Assembly: GCF_963921235.1 (NCBI RefSeq)
Contig: NC_086097.1
Coordinates: forward strand, 138,634,001-138,698,000
Length of the DNA: 64,000 bases
Direction of reading: 5' to 3'
From: Mobula hypostoma
Taxonomy: Eukaryota
Shown here: piece after piece, positions 63,395 to 64,000 of the stretch
How positions within the stretch are numbered: position 1 is the stretch's first letter
Layout of the letters: every line of letters starts with the position of its first letter
Notes under the pieces: model-generated
What the model saw: the letters and a program-made list of their open reading frames with translations, nothing else
The model's database searches: none
Told to the model about the DNA's origin: nothing
Position numbers and translations under genes: made by a program

Positions 63395-64000
63395 AGATCT
63401 TTCCACCTCCCCACAACCGTCCTCAACTCCCTCCGCTTCCCCAGTCCCTTCTCCTTCTCCAATTGCTCTCCGCTATCTCAACCCTCTCCTTAATTCCTCT
63501 CCCTTTCCTCAAACCCCTCTCTCCTCTCCAAACTTCTCTCTACCCAGTCCCCTCTTCACTGCCCAGTCTCTTTCCCCATCCTCAATCCCTTTCCCTTCCC
63601 AAAAATCCTTTCACTGCAGTTCCTATCCTCTCCCAAACACTCCCCAACTTCTCTCCCCTCCCACTCCAATCTTTCTCCCTCCCCACCCCAATTACTTTTC
63701 CCTTCCCCTACTCTGCTCACTTCCCCAATCTATTTCCATCTCCTAAACCCTCCCCAACTCCTCTCCCCTCCCATTCCCTCTCCACCTCCCTACCTACGCA
63801 CAACTCTCTCCCATCCCCTCTCGCCTCCCAATCCTGTCTCCCCATTTCCTCACTGGTCCACTCTCACTCTTCTCTCTGAACCCTATTTCCAACTTATACT
63901 CCTTACTCCAATCCCCTCTCTAAATCCTCTCCCTCTCCCTCTCCCATCTCCCCTTCCTTTCCCAATTCTCTCCTTGATCCCGACCCCTCTTTCGTCTTTC
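63395..64000 (+). repeat. Pyrimidine-rich (C/T) low-complexity tract in the RSPO2 intron
   Basis: About 600 nt nearly devoid of G, running to the window end. Confidence 0.85.

Noticed and set aside
63202..63879. 225-aa Pro/Ser/Leu-rich ORF
   Set aside because: A by-product of the C/T low-complexity intronic tract.
1..64000. CRISPR array, rRNA, intronic snoRNA or prokaryote-type operon
   Set aside because: Eukaryotic intron/exon DNA with no regularly spaced repeats and no RNA gene I can support.

Overview
Vertebrate nuclear DNA. The repeat content (CR1 LINEs, V-domain and Deu-type SINEs, Penelope-derived units) suggests a cartilaginous fish, probably a ray or shark; this is inference. The window holds two + strand genes in tandem. 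The first is the last three coding exons of EIF3E (17032-17134, 26280-26414, 37050-37088 with stop and poly(A) signals); the window starts inside the preceding intron. The second, about 26 kb downstream, is the CpG island and first coding exon of RSPO2 (63012-63105). The rest is mostly nested transposon debris: CR1, Rex1/Babar-like, I/Nimb-like and Penelope-like retroelements, Tc1/mariner, pogo/Tigger and hAT DNA elements, and one solo LTR. The most notable structures are: decayed minimal hammerhead-ribozyme motifs in the Penelope-derived units, including a head-to-head pair with a 13-bp TSD; two large inverted repeats in EIF3E introns; and several unusual insertions with clean TSDs. I found no convincing new protein-coding system. 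Exon and TSD-bounded coordinates were read directly; other repeat boundaries are approximate.
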